Part shown: positions 42,181 through 58,335 of the stretch, one piece after another
How the letters are laid out: each line of letters opens with the position of its first letter
Numbering within the stretch: position 1 is the first letter of the stretch
Source of the DNA: Eledone cirrhosa
Lineage: Eukaryota
Direction: 5' to 3'
Length of the DNA: 64,000 nucleotides
NCBI GenBank assembly: GCA_964016885.1
Contig: OZ024748.1
Coordinates: 36,022,001-36,086,000 of the forward strand
Translations under genes and position numbers: made by a program
The notes under the pieces: generated by a model
The model's input: only the letters and a program-made list of their open reading frames with translations
Databases searched by the model: none
Told to the model about the DNA's origin: nothing

Positions 42181-43914
42181 TACTAATACATTATACTATA
42201 AAGGAGTAAAGTTAGTTACTAATACACTACACTATAGACGATTACTAAAGTTACTTACTAATACATTACACTATAAAGGAGTAAATTTAGTTACTAATGC
42301 ATTAAACTATAAAGGAGTACTAAAGTTAGTTACTAATCCATTACACTGTAAAGGAGTAAAATTAGTTAATAATACATTACACTATAAAGAGGTACTAAAT
42401 TTAGTTACTAATACATTATACTATAAAAAAGTAAAGTTAATTACTAATACATTATACTATAAAGGAGTTATGTGAGTTACTTATATATTACACTATAAAG
42501 ATAAGGTTAGTTACTAATACATTACACTATATAGGAGTAAAATTAGTTACTAATACATAAGACTATAAAGGAGTAAAGTTAGTTACTGATACATTACACT
42601 ATAAAGGAGTAAAGTTAGTTATAATACATTAGATTATAAAGGAGTAAAGTTAGTTACTATTACGTTACACTATAAAGGAGTAAAGTTAGTTACTAATACA
42701 TTATACTAGAAAGGAGTAAATTTAGTTACTAATGCATTAAACTATAAAGGAGTACTAAAGTTAGTTACTAATACATTATACTATAAAGAGTAAAGTTAGT
42801 TACTAATATATTACACTCTAAAGGAGTACTAAAGTTAGTTACTAATACATAATACTATAAATGAGTACTAAAGTTAGTTACTAATACATTACACTATAAA
42901 CGAGTAAAGCTAGTTACTAATATATTAAACTATAAAGGAGTACTAAAGTTACTTATTAATACATTACACTATAAAGGTGTAAAGTTAGTTACTAATACAT
43001 TTTACTATAAAGGAGTAAATTTAGTTACTAATGCATTAGACTATAAACGAGTACTAAAGTTAGTTACTAATACATTACACTGTAAAGGAGTAAACTTAGT
43101 TAATAATACATTACACTATAAAGGGGTACTAAAGTTAGTTACTAATACATTATACTATAAAAAAGGAAAGTTAGTTACTAATACATTATACGATAAATGA
43201 GTTATGTGAGTTACTTATACATTACACTATAAAGGATAAGGTTAGTTACTAATACATTACACTATATAGGAGTAAAATTAGTTATTAATACATTAGACTA
43301 TAAAGAATTAAATTTAGTTACTAATATATTACACTATAAAGGAGTACTAAAGTTAGTTACTAATACATTATACTATAAAGGAGTAAAGCTTGTTACCAAT
43401 GCATTACACTATAAAGGAGTAAATTTAGGTACTAATACATTACACTATAAAGGAGTAAAGTTAGTTACTAATACATTACGCTATAAAGGAGTAAATTTAG
43501 TTACTAATGCATTACACTATAAAGGAGTAAAGTTAGTTACTAATACATTACACTATAAAGGAGTACTAAAGTTAGTTACTAATACATTACACTGTAAAGG
43601 AGTAAAATTAGTTAATAATACATTACAATATAAAGAGGTACTAAAGTTAGTTACTAATACATTATACTATAAAAAAGTAAAGTTAGTTACTAATACATTA
43701 TACTATAAAGGAGTTATGTGAGTTACTTATACATTACACTATAAAGGATAAGGTTAGTTACTAATACATTACACTATAGAGGAGTAAAATTAGTTACTAA
43801 TACGTTAGACTATAAAGGAGTAAAGTTAGTTACTAATACATTATACTATAAAGGAGTAAAGTTAGTTACTAATACATTAGACTATAAAGTAGTTAAGTTA
43901 GTTACTAATATATT

Positions 43915-46900
43915 ATACTATAAAGGAGTAAAGTTAGTTACTAATATATTACACTATAAAGGAGTACTAAAGTTAGTTACTAATACATTATACTATAAAG
44001 GAGTAAAGTTAGTTACTAATACATTAAACTATCAAGGAATACTAAAGTTACTTACTGTTACAGTACACTAAAAAGGATTAAAGATGTTACTAATACATAT
44101 ACTATAAAGGAGTAAAGTTAGTTACTAATGCATTATACTATAAAGGAGTAAAGTTAGTTACTAATGCATTAAACTATAAAGGAGTACTAAAGTTAGTTAC
44201 TAATACATTATACTATAAAGGAGTAAAGTTAGTTACTAATACATTATACTATAAAAGAGTGTAGATAGTTATTAATACATTACACTATAAAGGAGTACTA
44301 AATTTAGTTACTAATACATTACACTATAAAGGAATAATGTTAGTTACTAATACATTATAGTATAAAGGAATAAATTTAGTTACTAAAGCATTACACCATA
44401 AAGGAGTTAATTTAGTTACTAATATATTACACTATAGAGGAGTAATGTTTGTTACTAAAACATTATAATATAAATGAGTAAAATTAGTTACTAATGCATT
44501 ACACTATAAAGTAGTAAAGTTTGTTACTAATACCTTACACGAAAAGCAGTACTTAAGTTAGTTACTAATACATCATACTATAAAGGAGTAAAGTTAGTTA
44601 CTAATGCATTACACTATAAAGGAGTAAAGTTAGTTACTAATACATTCTACTATAAAGGAGTAAAGTTAATTACTAACACACTAAACTATAAAGGAGTACT
44701 AAGGTTAGTTACTAATACATTATAATATAAAGTAGTAAAGTTAGTTACTAATACATCACACTATAAAGGAGTACTAAAGTTAGTTACTAATACATTATAC
44801 TATAAAGGATTAAAGTTAATTACTAATATATTACACTATAAAGGAGTGCGAAAGTTAACTACTCACACATTATACTATAAAGGAGAAAACTTAGTTACTA
44901 ATATATTACACTATAAAGGAGTACTAAAGTTAGTTACTAATACATTATATTATACAGGAGAAAAGTTAGTTACAAATATATTACACTATAAAGGAGTACT
45001 ACGTTAGTTACTAATACATTATTCTATAAACAAGTAAAGTTAGTTGCTAATACATTAAACTATAAAGGATTACTAAAGTTGCTTACTAATACATTACACT
45101 ATAAAGGAGAAAAGTTAGTTACTAATATATTACACTATAAGGGAGTACTAAAGTTAGTTACTAATACATTATACTATAATGGAGTAAAGTTAGTTACTAA
45201 TACATTACACTATAAAGGAGTAGTAAAGTTAGTTAATAAGACATTATACTATAAAGAAGTTATGTTAGTTACTAATACATTACACTATAAAGGAGTAAAG
45301 TTAGTTACTATACATTATACTATAAAGGAGTAAAGTTAATTACTAATACGTTACACTATATAGGAGTACTTAAGTTAGTTACTAATACATTATACTATAA
45401 AGGAGTAAAGTTAGTTACTAATACATTACACTATAAACGAGTAAAGTTAATTACTAATACATCATACAATAAAGGAGTAAAGTTAGTTACTAATACATTA
45501 AACAATAAAGTAGTACTAAAGTTAGTTACTAATACATTACAATATAAAGGAGTAAAGTTAGTTACTAATACATTATACTATAAAGGAGTAAAGTTAGTTA
45601 CTAATACATTATACTATAAAGGAGTAAAATTAGATACTAATACATTAAACTATAAAGCAGTACTAAAGTTAGTTACTAATACATTATACTATAAAGGAGT
45701 AAAGTTAGTTACTAATATATTACACTAGAAAGGAGTACTAAAGTTAGCTTCTAATACATTATAATATAAAGGAGTACAAAAGTTGGTTACTAATACATTA
45801 TACTATAAAGGAGTAAAGTTAGTTACTAATACATTACACTATAAAGGAGTACTAAAATTAGTTACTAATACATTATACTATGAAGGAGTAAAGTTAGTTA
45901 CTAATACATTACACTATAAAGGAGTAAAGTTAATTATTAATATATTACACTATAACGGAGTAAAGTTAGTTACTAATACATTACACTATAAAGGAATACT
46001 AAAGTTAGTAAATACTTTATACTATAAAGGAGTTATGTTAGTTACTAATACATTAAACTCTCAAGGAGTACTAAAGTTACTTGCTAATACATTACCCTAT
46101 AAAGGAGTAATGTTAGTTACTAATACATTACACTATAAAGGAGTACTAAAGTTAGTTAATAATACATTATACTATAAAGGAGTTATGTTAGTTACTAATA
46201 CATTACACTATAAAGTATTAATGTTAGTTACTAATACATTACACTATAAAGGAGTAAAGTTAGTTACTAATACATTACACTATAAGGAGTAAAGTTAATT
46301 ACTAATACATTACACTAAAAAGGATGAAAATTAGTTACTAATACATTACACTACAAAGTATTAAAGTTAGTTACTAATACATTACACTATAAAGGAGTAA
46401 AATTAGTTACTAATACATTACACCATAAATCAGTACTAAAATTAGTTACTATACATTATACTATAAAGGAGTAAAGTTAGTTACTAATATATTAAATTAT
46501 AAAGGAGTACTAAAGTTACTTACTAATACATTACACTATAAAGGAGTAAAGTTAGTTACTAATACATTATTCTATAAAGGAGTAAAGTTAGTTACTAATA
46601 CATTAAAATATAAAGGAGTACTAAAGTTACTTACTAATACATTACACTATAAAGGAGTAAAGTTAGTTACTAATATGTTACACTATAAAGAGTACGAAAG
46701 TTAATTACTAATACATTATACTATAAAGGAGTACTAAAGTTAGTTACTAATACATTATACTATACAGGAATACTAAAGTTAGTTACTAATACATTAACCT
46801 ATAAAGGAGTAAAGGTATTTACTAATACATCACACTTTAAAGGAGTACTAAAGTTAGTTACTAATATATTACACTATAAAGGAGAACTAAAGTTAGTTAC

Positions 46901-49900
46901 TATTACATTATATTATACAGGAGTAAAGTTAGTTACTAATATATTACACTACAAAGAGTACAACGTTAGTTACTAATACATTATTCTATACACAAGTAAA
47001 TTTAATTACTAATACGTTAAACTATAAAGGAGTACTAAAGTTACTTACTAATACATTACACTATAAAGGAGTAAAGTTAGTTACTAATACATGACAATAT
47101 AAAGGAGTACTAAAGTTAGTTAATAATACATTATACTATAAAGGAATTATGTTAGTTACTAATACATTACACTATAAAGGATTAATGTTAGTTACTAATA
47201 CATTACACTATAAAGTAGTAAAGCTAGTTACTAATACATTACACTATAAAGGAGTAAAGTTAGTTACTAATACATTACACTATAAAGTAGTAAAGTTAGT
47301 TACTAATACATTATACTATAAAGGAATAAAGTTAGTTTCTAATGCATTACACTATAAAGGAGTAAATTTAGTTACTAATACATTAGACTATAAAGGAGTA
47401 AAGTTAGTTACTAATATATTACACTATAAAGGAGTACTAAAGTTAGTTACTAATACATTATACTATAAAGGGGTACTAATGTTAGATACTAATACGTTAT
47501 ACTATATAGGAGTAAAGTAAGTTACTAATACATGACACTATAAAGGGGTACCAAAGTTAGTTACTAATACATTATACTATAAATGAGTAAAGCTATTTAC
47601 TAATGCATTACACTATAAAGAACTAAAATTAGTTACTAATTCATTAGCCTATAAATGAGTATATTTAGTTACTAATACATTACACTATAAAGGAGTACTA
47701 AAGTTAGTTACTAATACATTATACTATAAAGGATTAAAGTTAGTTACTAATACATTACACTTTAAAGGAGTACTAAAGTTAGTTAATAAGACATTATACT
47801 ATAAAGAATTATGTTAGTTACTAATACATTACACTATAAAGGAGTAAAGTTAGTTACTATACATTATAATATAAAGGAGTAAAGTTAGTTACTAATACAT
47901 TATACCATAAAGGAGTAAAGTTAGTTACTAATACATTATTCTATAAAGGAGTAAAATGAGTTACTAATACATTATACTATAAAGGAGTAAAGTTAGTTAC
48001 TAATACATTATTCTATAAAGGAGTAAAGTGAGTTACTGATACATTATACTATAAAGGAGTTAAGTTAGTTACTAATACATTACACTATAAAGGAGTACTA
48101 AAGTTAGTTACTAATACATTACACTATAAACGAGTAAAGTTAGTTACTAATACACTATACTATAAATGAGTAAAGTTAGTTACTTATACATTAAACAATA
48201 AAGGAGTACTAAAGTTACTTACTATTACATTACACTATAAAAGAGTAAAGTTAGTTACTAATACATTATACTATAAAGGAGTAAAGTTAGTCACTAATAC
48301 ATTATACTATAAAGGAGTACTAAAGTTAGATACTAATACATTAAACTATAAATGAGTAAAGTTAGTTACTAATACATTACACTATACAGGAGTACTAAAG
48401 TTAGTTACTAATACATTATACTATAAATGAGTAAATTAGTTACTATTGCATTACACTATAAAGGAGTAAAATTAGTTACTAATACATTACCCTATAAAGG
48501 AGTAAGGTCAGTTACTAATACATTACACTATAAAGGAGTACTATAATTAGTTACTAATACGTTAGACTATAAAGGAGTAAAGTTACTTACTAATACATTA
48601 CACTATAAAGGACTAAAGTTAATTACTAATACATTACACTATAAAGTATTAAAGTTAGTTACTAATACATTAAACTATAAAGGGGTAAAGTTAGTTACTA
48701 ATACATTTCACTATAAATGAGTACTAAAATTAGTTACTATACATTATACTATAAAAGAGTAAAGTTAGTTACTAATACATTAAACTATAAAGGAGTACTA
48801 AAGTTACTTACTAATACATTACACTATAAAGGAGTAAAGTTAGTTACTAATACATTATACTATAAAGGAGGAAAGTTAGTTACTAATACATTACACTATA
48901 AAGGAGTAAAGTTAGTTACTAATACTTTAGACTGTAAAGTAGTAACGTTAGTTACTAATACATTAAACTATAAAGGAGTAAATTTAATTACTAATACATT
49001 ATGCTATAAAGGAGTAAAGTTAGTTACTAATACATTAAACTATAAAGGAGTAATAAAGTTACTTACTAATACATTACACTATAAAGGAGTAAATTTAGTT
49101 ACTAATACATTATACTATAAAGGAGTAAAGTTAGTTACTAATACATTATACTATAAAGGAGTATAGTTAGTTACTAATACATTACACTATAAAGGAGTAC
49201 TAAAGTGAGTTACTAATACGTTATACTATATAGGAGTAAAGTTAGTTACTAATACATTACACTATAAAGGAGTACAAAAGTTTGTTACTAATACATTATA
49301 CTATAAATGAGTAAAGCTAGTTACTAATGCATTACACTATAATGGAGTAAAATTAGTTACTAATACTTTAGACTGTAAAGTAGTAACGTTAGTTACTAAT
49401 TGTTAAACTATAAAGGAGTAAATTTAATTACTAATACATTATACTATAAAGGAATAAAGTTAGTTACTAATACATTAAACTATAAAGGAGTAATAAAGTT
49501 ACTTACTAATACATTACGCTATAAAGGAGTAAATTTAGTTACTAATACATTATACTATAAAGGAGTAAAGTTAGTTACTAATACATTATACTATAAAGGA
49601 GTAAACTTAGTTACTAATACATTACACTATAAAGGAGTACAAAAGCTAGTTACTAATACATAATACTATAAATGAGTAATGCTAGTTACTAATGCATTAC
49701 ACTATAAAGGAATAAAATTAGTTACTAATACATTACCCTATAAAGGAGTAAAGTTAGTTACTAATACATTACACTATAAAGGAGTACTAAAGTTAGTTAC
49801 TAATACATTATACTATAAAGGAGTAAAGTTAGTTACTAATACATTACACTGTAAAGTAGTAAAGTTAGTTACTAATACATTATACTATAAAGGAGTAAAG

Positions 49901-52900
49901 TTAGTTACTAATACATTACACGATAAAGCAGTACTAAAGTTAGTTACTAATACGTTACACTATAAACGAGTAAAGTTAGTTACTAATACATTATACTATA
50001 AAGGTGTAAAGATAGTTACTAATACATTAAACAATAAAGGAGTACTACGTTACTTACTAATACATTACACTATAAAGGAGGAAAGTTAGTTACTAATACA
50101 TTATACTATAAAGGAGTAAAGTTAATTACTAATACATTATACTATATAGTGTAATATATCAGTTAGTTACTAATATATTACACTATAAAGGAGTACTAAA
50201 GTTATTTACTAATACATTATACTAGAAAAGAATACTAAAGTTAGATACTAATACATTAAATTATAAATGAGTAAAGTTAGTTACTAATACATTACACTAT
50301 ACAGGAGTACTAAAGTTAGTTACTAATACATTATACTATAAAGGAGTAAAGCTAGTTACTAATACATTATACTATAAAGGTGTAAAATTAGTTACTAATA
50401 CATTAAACTATAAAGGAGTACTAAAGTTAGTTACTAATACATTATACTATAAAGGAGTAAAGTTAGTTACTAATATATTACACTATAAAGAAGTAAATTA
50501 GTTACTAATGCATTACACTATAAAGGAGTAAAATTAGTTACTAATACATTACCCTATAAAGGAGTAAAGTCAGTTACTAATACATTACACTATAAAGGAG
50601 TACTATAATTAGTTACTAATACGTTAGACTATAAAGGAGTAAAGTTACTTACTAATACATTACACTATAAAGCATTAAAGTTAATTACTAATACATTACA
50701 CTATAAAGTATTAAAGTTAGTTACTAATACTTTAAACTATAAAGGAATAAAGTTAGTTACTAATACATTTCACTATAAATGAGTACTTAAATTAGTTACT
50801 ATACATTATACTATAAAGGAGTAAAGTTAGTTACTAATACATTAAACTATAAAGGAGTACTAAAGTTACTTACTAATACATTACACTATAATGGAGTAAA
50901 GTTAGTTACTAATACATTATACTACAACGGAGTAAAGTTAGTTACTAATACATTACACTATAAAGGTGTTCTAAAGTTAGTTACTAATACATTATACTAT
51001 AAAGGAGTAAACTTAGTTACTAATACATTACACTATAAAGGAGTAAAGTTAGTTACTAATACTTTAGACTGTAAAGTAGTAACGTTAGTTACTAATACAT
51101 TAAACTATAAAGGAGTAAATTTAATTACTAATACATTATACTATAAAGGAGTAAATTTAGTTACTAATACATTAAACTATAAAGGAGTAATAAAGTTACT
51201 TACTAATACATTAAACTATAAAGGAGTAAAGTTAGTTACTAATATATTACACTATAAAGGAGTACTAAAGTTAGTTACTAATACATTATACTATAAAGGA
51301 GTAAAGTTAGTTACTAATACATTAAACTATAAAGGAATACTAAAGTTACTTACTGTTACAGTACACTATAAAGGATTAAAGATGTTACTAATACATATAC
51401 TATAAAGGAGTAAAGTTAGTTACTAATGCATTATACTATAAAGGAGTAAAGTTAGTTACTAATGCATTAAACTATAAAGGAGTACTAAAGTTAGTTACTA
51501 ATACATTATACTATAAAGGAGTAAACTTAGTTACTAATACATTATACTATAAAAGAGTGTAGATAGTTATTAATACGTTACACTATAAAGGAGTACTAAA
51601 TTTAGTTACTAATACATTACACTATAAAGGAATAATGTTAGTTACTAATACATTATAGTATAAAGCAATAAATTTAGTTACTAAAGCATTACACCATAAA
51701 GGAGTTAATTTAGTTACTAATATATTACACTATAGAGGAGTAATGTTTGTTACTAAAACATTATAATATAAATGAGTAAAATTAGTTACTAATGCATTAC
51801 ACTATAAAGTAGTAAAGTTAGTTACTAATACCTTACACGAAAAGCAGTACTTAAGTTAGTTACTAATACATTATACTATAAAGGAGTAAAGTTAGTTACT
51901 AATGCATTACACTATAAAGGAGTAAAGTTAGTTAATGATACATTCTACTATAAAGGAGTAAAGTTAATTACTAACACACTAAACTATAAAGGAGTACTAA
52001 GGTTAGTTACTAATACATTATAATATAAAGCAGTAAAGTTAGTTACTAATACATCACACTATAAAGGAGTACTAAAGTTAGTTACTAATACATTATACTA
52101 TAAAGGATTAAAGTTAATTACTAATATATTACACTATAAAGGAGTGCGAAAGTTAACTACTCACACATTATACTATAAAGGAGAAAACTTAGTTACTAAT
52201 ATATTACACTATAAAGGAGTACTAAAGTTAGTTACTAATACATTATATTATAAAGGAGTACTACGTTAGTTACTAATACATTATTCTATAAACAAGTTAA
52301 AGTTAGTTGCTAATACATTAAACTATAAAGGATTACTAAAGTTGCTTACTAATACATTACACTATAAAGGAGAAAAGTTAGTTACTAATATATTACACTA
52401 TAAGGGAGTACTAAAGTTAGTTACTAATACATTATACTATAATGGAGTAAAGTTAGTTACTAATACATTACACTATAAAGGAGTAGTAAAGTTAGTTAAT
52501 AAGACATTATACTATAAAGATGTTATGTTAGTTACTAATACATTACACTATAAAGGAGTAAAGTTAGTTACTATACATTATACTATAAAGGAGTAAAGTT
52601 AATTACTAATACGTTACACTATATAGGAGTACTTAAGTTAGTTACTAATACATTATACTATAAAGGAGTAAAGTTAGTTACTAATACATTACACTATAAA
52701 CGAGTAAAGTTAATTACTAATACATCATACAATAAAGGAGTAAAGTTAGTTACTAATACATTAAACAATAAAGTAGTACTAAAGTTAGTTACTAATACAT
52801 TACAATATAAAGGAGTAAAGTTAGTTACTAATACATTATACTATAAAGGAGTAAAGTTAGTTACTAATACATTATACTATAAAGGAGTAAAATTAGATAC

Positions 52901-55900
52901 TAATACATTAAACTATAAAGCAGTACTAAAGTTAGTTACTAATACATTATACTATAAAGGAGTAAAGTTAGTTACTAATATATTACACTAGAAAGGAGTA
53001 CTAAAGTTAGCTTCTAATACATTATAATATAAAGGAGTACAAAAGTTGGTTACTAATACATTATACTATAAAGGAGTAAAGTTAGTTACTAATACATTAC
53101 ACTATAAAGGAGTACTAAAATTAGTTACTAATACATTATACTATGAAGGAGTAAAGTTAGTTACTAATACATTACACTATAAAGGAGTAAAGTTAATTAT
53201 TAATATATTACACTATAACGGAGTAAAGTTAGTTACTAATACATTACACTATAAAGGAATACTAAAGTTAGTAAATACTTTATACTATAAAGGAGTTATG
53301 TTAGTTTCTAATACATTAAACTCTCAAGGAGTACTAAAGTTACTTGCTAATACATTACCCTATAAAGGAGTAATGTTAGTTACTAATACATTACACTATA
53401 AAGGAGTACTAAAGTTAGTTAATAATACATTATACTATAAAGGAGTTATGTTAGTTACTAATACATTACACTATAAAGGAGTAAAGTTAGTTACTAATAC
53501 ATTACACTATAAGGAGTAAAGTTAATTACTAATACATTACACTAAAAAGGATGAAAATTAGTTACTAATACATTACACTACAAAGTATTAAAGTTAGTTA
53601 CTAATACATTACACTATAAAGGAGTAAAATTAGTTACTAATACATTACACCATAAATCAGTACTAAAATTAGTTACTATACATTATACTATAAAGGAGTA
53701 AAGTTAGTTACTAATATATTAAACTATAAAGGAGTACTAAAGTTACTTACTAATACATTACACTATAAAGGAGTAAAGTTAGTTACTAATACATTATACT
53801 ATAAAGGAGTAAAGTTAGTTACTAATACATTAAAATATAAAGGAGTACTAAAGTTACTTACTAATACATTACACTATAAAGGAGTAAAGTTAGTTACTAA
53901 TATGTTACACTATAAAGAGTACGAAAGTTAATTACTAATACATTATACTATAAAGGAGTACTAAAGTTAGTTACTAATACATTATACTATACAGGAATAC
54001 TAAAGTTAGTTACTAATACATTAACCTATAAAGGAGTAAAGGTATTTACTAATACATCACACTTTAAAGGAGTACTAAAGTTAGTTACTAATATATTACA
54101 CTATAAAGGAGAACTAAAGTTAGTTACTATTACATTATATTATACAGGAGTAAAGTTAGTTACTAATATATTACACTACAAAGAGTACAACGTTAGTTAC
54201 TAATACATTATTCTATACACAAGTAAATTTAATTACTAATACGTTAAACTATAAAGGAGTACTAAAGTTACTTACTAATACATTACACTATAAAGGAGTA
54301 AAGTTAGTTACTAATACATGACAATATAAAGGAGTACTAAAGTTAGTTAATAATACATTATACTATAAAGGAATTATGTTAGTTACTAATACATTACACT
54401 ATAAAGGATTAATGTTAGTTACTAATACATTACACTATAAAGTAGTAAAGCTAGTTACTAATACATTACACTATAAAGGAGTAAAGTTAGTTACTAATAC
54501 ATTACACTATAAAGTAGTAAAGTTAGTTACTAATACATTATACTATAAAGGAATAAAGTTAGTTTCTAATGCATTACACTATAAAGGAGTAAATTTAGTT
54601 ACTAATACATTAGACTATAAAGGAGTAAAGTTAGTTACTAATATATTACACTATAAAGGAGTACTAAAGTTAGTTACTAATACATTATACTATAAAGGGG
54701 TACTAATGTTAGATACTAATACGTTATACTATATAGGAGTAAAGTAAGTTACTAATACATGACACTATAAAGGGGTACCAAAGTTAGTTACTAATACATT
54801 ATACTATAAATGAGTAAAGCTATTTACTAATGCATTACACTATAAAGAACTAAAATTAGTTACTAATTCATTAGCCTATAAATGAGTATATTTAGTTACT
54901 AATACATTACACTATAAAGGAGTACTAAAGTTAGTTACTAATACATTATACTATAAAGGATTAAAGTTAGTTACTAATACATTACACTTTAAAGGAGTAC
55001 TAAAGTTAGTTAATAAGACATTATACTATGAAGAATTATGTTAGTTACTAATACATTACACTATAAAGGAGTAAAGTTAGTTACTATACATTATAATATA
55101 AAGGAGTAAAGTTAGTTACTAATACATTATTCTATAAAGGAGTAAAATGAGTTACTAATACATTATACTATAAAGGAGTAAAGTTAGTTACTAATACATT
55201 ATTCTATAAAGGTGTAAAGTGAGTTACTGATACATTATACTATAAAGGAGTTAAGTTAGTTACTAATACATTACACTATAAAGGAGTACTAAAGTTAGTT
55301 ACTAATACATTACACTATAAACGAGTAAAGTTAGTTACTAATAAACTATACTATAAATGAGTAAAGTTAGTTACTTATACATTAAACAATAAAGGAGTAC
55401 TAAAGTTACTTACTATTACATTACACTATAAAAGAGTAAAGTTAGTTACTAATACATTATACTATAAAGGAGTAAAGTTAGTCACTAATACATTATACTA
55501 TAAAGGAGTACTAAAGTTAGATACTAATACATTAAACTATAAATGAGTAAAGTTAGTTACTAATACATTACACTATACAGGAGTACTAAAGTTAGTTACT
55601 AATACATTATACTATAAATGAGTAAATTAGTTACTATTGCATTACACTATAAAGGAGTAAAATTAGTTACTAATACATTACCCTATAAAGGAGTAAGGTC
55701 AGTTACTAATACATTACACTATAAAGGAGTACTATAATTAGTTACTAATACGTTAGACTATAAAGGAGTAAAGTTACTTACTAATACATTACACTATAAA
55801 GGACTAAAGTTAATTACTAATACATTACACTATAAAGTATTAAAGTTAGTTACTAATACATTAAACTATAAAGGGGTAAAGTTAGTTACTAATACATTTC

Positions 55901-58335
55901 ACTATAAATGAGTACTAAAATTAGTTACTATACATTATACTATAAAAGAGTAAAGTTAGTTACTAATACATTAAACTATAAAGGAGTACTAAAGTTACTT
56001 ACTAATACATTACACTATAAAGGAGTAAAGTTAGTTACTAATACATTATACTATAAAGGAGGAAAGTTAGTTACTAATACATTACACTATAAAGGAGTAA
56101 AGTTAGTTACTAATACTTTAGACTGTAAAGTAGTAACGTTAGTTACTAATACATTAAACTATAAAGGAGTAAATTTAATTACTAATACATTATGCTATAA
56201 AGGAGTAAAGTTAGTTACTAATACATTAAACTATAAAGGAGTAATAAAGTTACTTACTAATACATTACACTATAAAGGAGTAAATTTAGTTACTAATACA
56301 TTATACTATAAAGGAGTAAAGTTAGTTACTAATACATTATACTATAAAGGAGTATAGTTAGTTACTAATACATTACACTATAAAGGAGTACTAAAGTGAG
56401 TTACTAATACGTTATACTATATAGGAGTAAAGTTAGTTACTAATACATTACACTATAAAGGAGTACAAAAGTTTGTTACTAATACATTATACTATAAATG
56501 AGTAAAGCTAGTTACTAATGCATTACACTATAATGGAGTAAAATTAGTTACTAATACTTTAGACTGTAAAGTAGTAACGTTAGTTACTAATTGTTAAACT
56601 ATAAAGGAGTAAATTTAATTACTAATACATTATACTATAAAGGAATAAAGTTAGTTACTAATACATTAAACTATAAAGGAGTAATAAAGTTACTTACTAA
56701 TACATTACGCTATAAAGGAGTAAATTTAGTTACTAATACATTATACTATAAAGGAGTAAAGTTAGTTACTAATACATTATACTATAAAGGAGTAAAGTTA
56801 GTTACTAATACATTACACTATAAAGGAGTACAAAAGCTAGTTACTAATACATAATACTATAAATGAGTAATGCTAGTTACTAATGCATTACACTATAAAG
56901 GAATAAAATTAGTTACTAATACATTACCCTATAAAGGAGTAAAGTTAGTTACTAATACATTACACTATAAAGGAGTACTAAAGTTAGTTACTAATACATT
57001 ATACTATAAAGGAGTAAAGTTAGTTACTAATACATTACACGATAAAGCAGTACTAAAGTTAGTTACTAATACGTTACACTATAAACGAGTAAAGTTAGTT
57101 ACTAATACATTATACTATAAAGGTGTAAAGATAGTTACTAATACATTAAACAATAAAGGAGTACTACGTTACTTACTAATACATTACACTATAAAGGAGG
57201 AAAGTTAGTTACTAATACATTATACTATAAAGGAGTAAAGTTAGTTACTAATACATTATACTATATAGTGTAATATATTAGTTAGTTACTAATATATTAC
57301 ACTATAAAGGAGTACTAAAGTTATTTACTAATACATTATACTAGAAAAGAATACTAAAGTTAGATACTAATACATTAAATTATAAATGAGTAAAGTTAGT
57401 TACTAATACATTACACTATACAGGAGTACTAAAGTTAGTTACTAATACATTATACTATAAAGGAGTAAAGCTAGTTACTAATACATTATACTATAAAGGT
57501 GTAAAATTAGTTACTAATACATTAAACTATAAAGGAGTACTAAAGTTAGTTACTAATACATTATACTATAAAGGAGTAAAGTTAGTTACTAATATATTAC
57601 ACTATAAAGAAGTAAATTAGTTACTAATGCATTACACTATAAAGGAGTAAAATTAGTTACTAATACATTACCCTATAAAGGAGTAAAGTCAGTTACTAAT
57701 ACATTACACTATAAAGGAGTACTATAATTAGTTACTAATACGTTAGACTATAAAGGAGTAAAGTTACTTACTAATACATTACACTATAAAGCATTAAAGT
57801 TAATTACTAATACATTACACTATAAAGTATTAAAGTTAGTTACTAATACTTTAAACTATAAAGGAATAAAGTTAGTTACTAATACATTTCACTATAAATG
57901 AGTACTTAAATTAGTTACTATACATTATACTATAAAGGAGTAAAGTTAGTTACTAATACATTAAACTATAAAGGAGTACTAAAGTTACTTACTAATACAT
58001 TACACTATAATGGAGTAAAGTTAGTTACTAATACATTATACTACAACGGAGTAAAGTTAGTTACTAATACATTACACTATAAAGGTGTTCTAAAGTTAGT
58101 TACTAATACATTATACTATAAAGGAGTAAACTTAGTTACTAATACATTACACTATAAAGGAGTAAAGTTAGTTACTAATACTTTAGACTGTAAAGTAGTA
58201 ACGTTAGTTACTAATACATTAAACTATAAAGGAGTAAATTTAATTACTAATACATTATACTATAAAGGAGTAAATTTAGTTACTAATACATTAAACTATA
58301 AAGGAGTAATAAAGTTACTTACTAATACATTAAAC
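43915..58335. repeat. Tandem duplication with a ~7.1-7.3-kb unit (junction ~51215)
   Basis: Offsets 7298 (44051/51349), 7263 (45079/52342), 7227 (47149/54376), 7191 (48717/55908) and 7119 (50089/57208). Confidence 0.92.
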
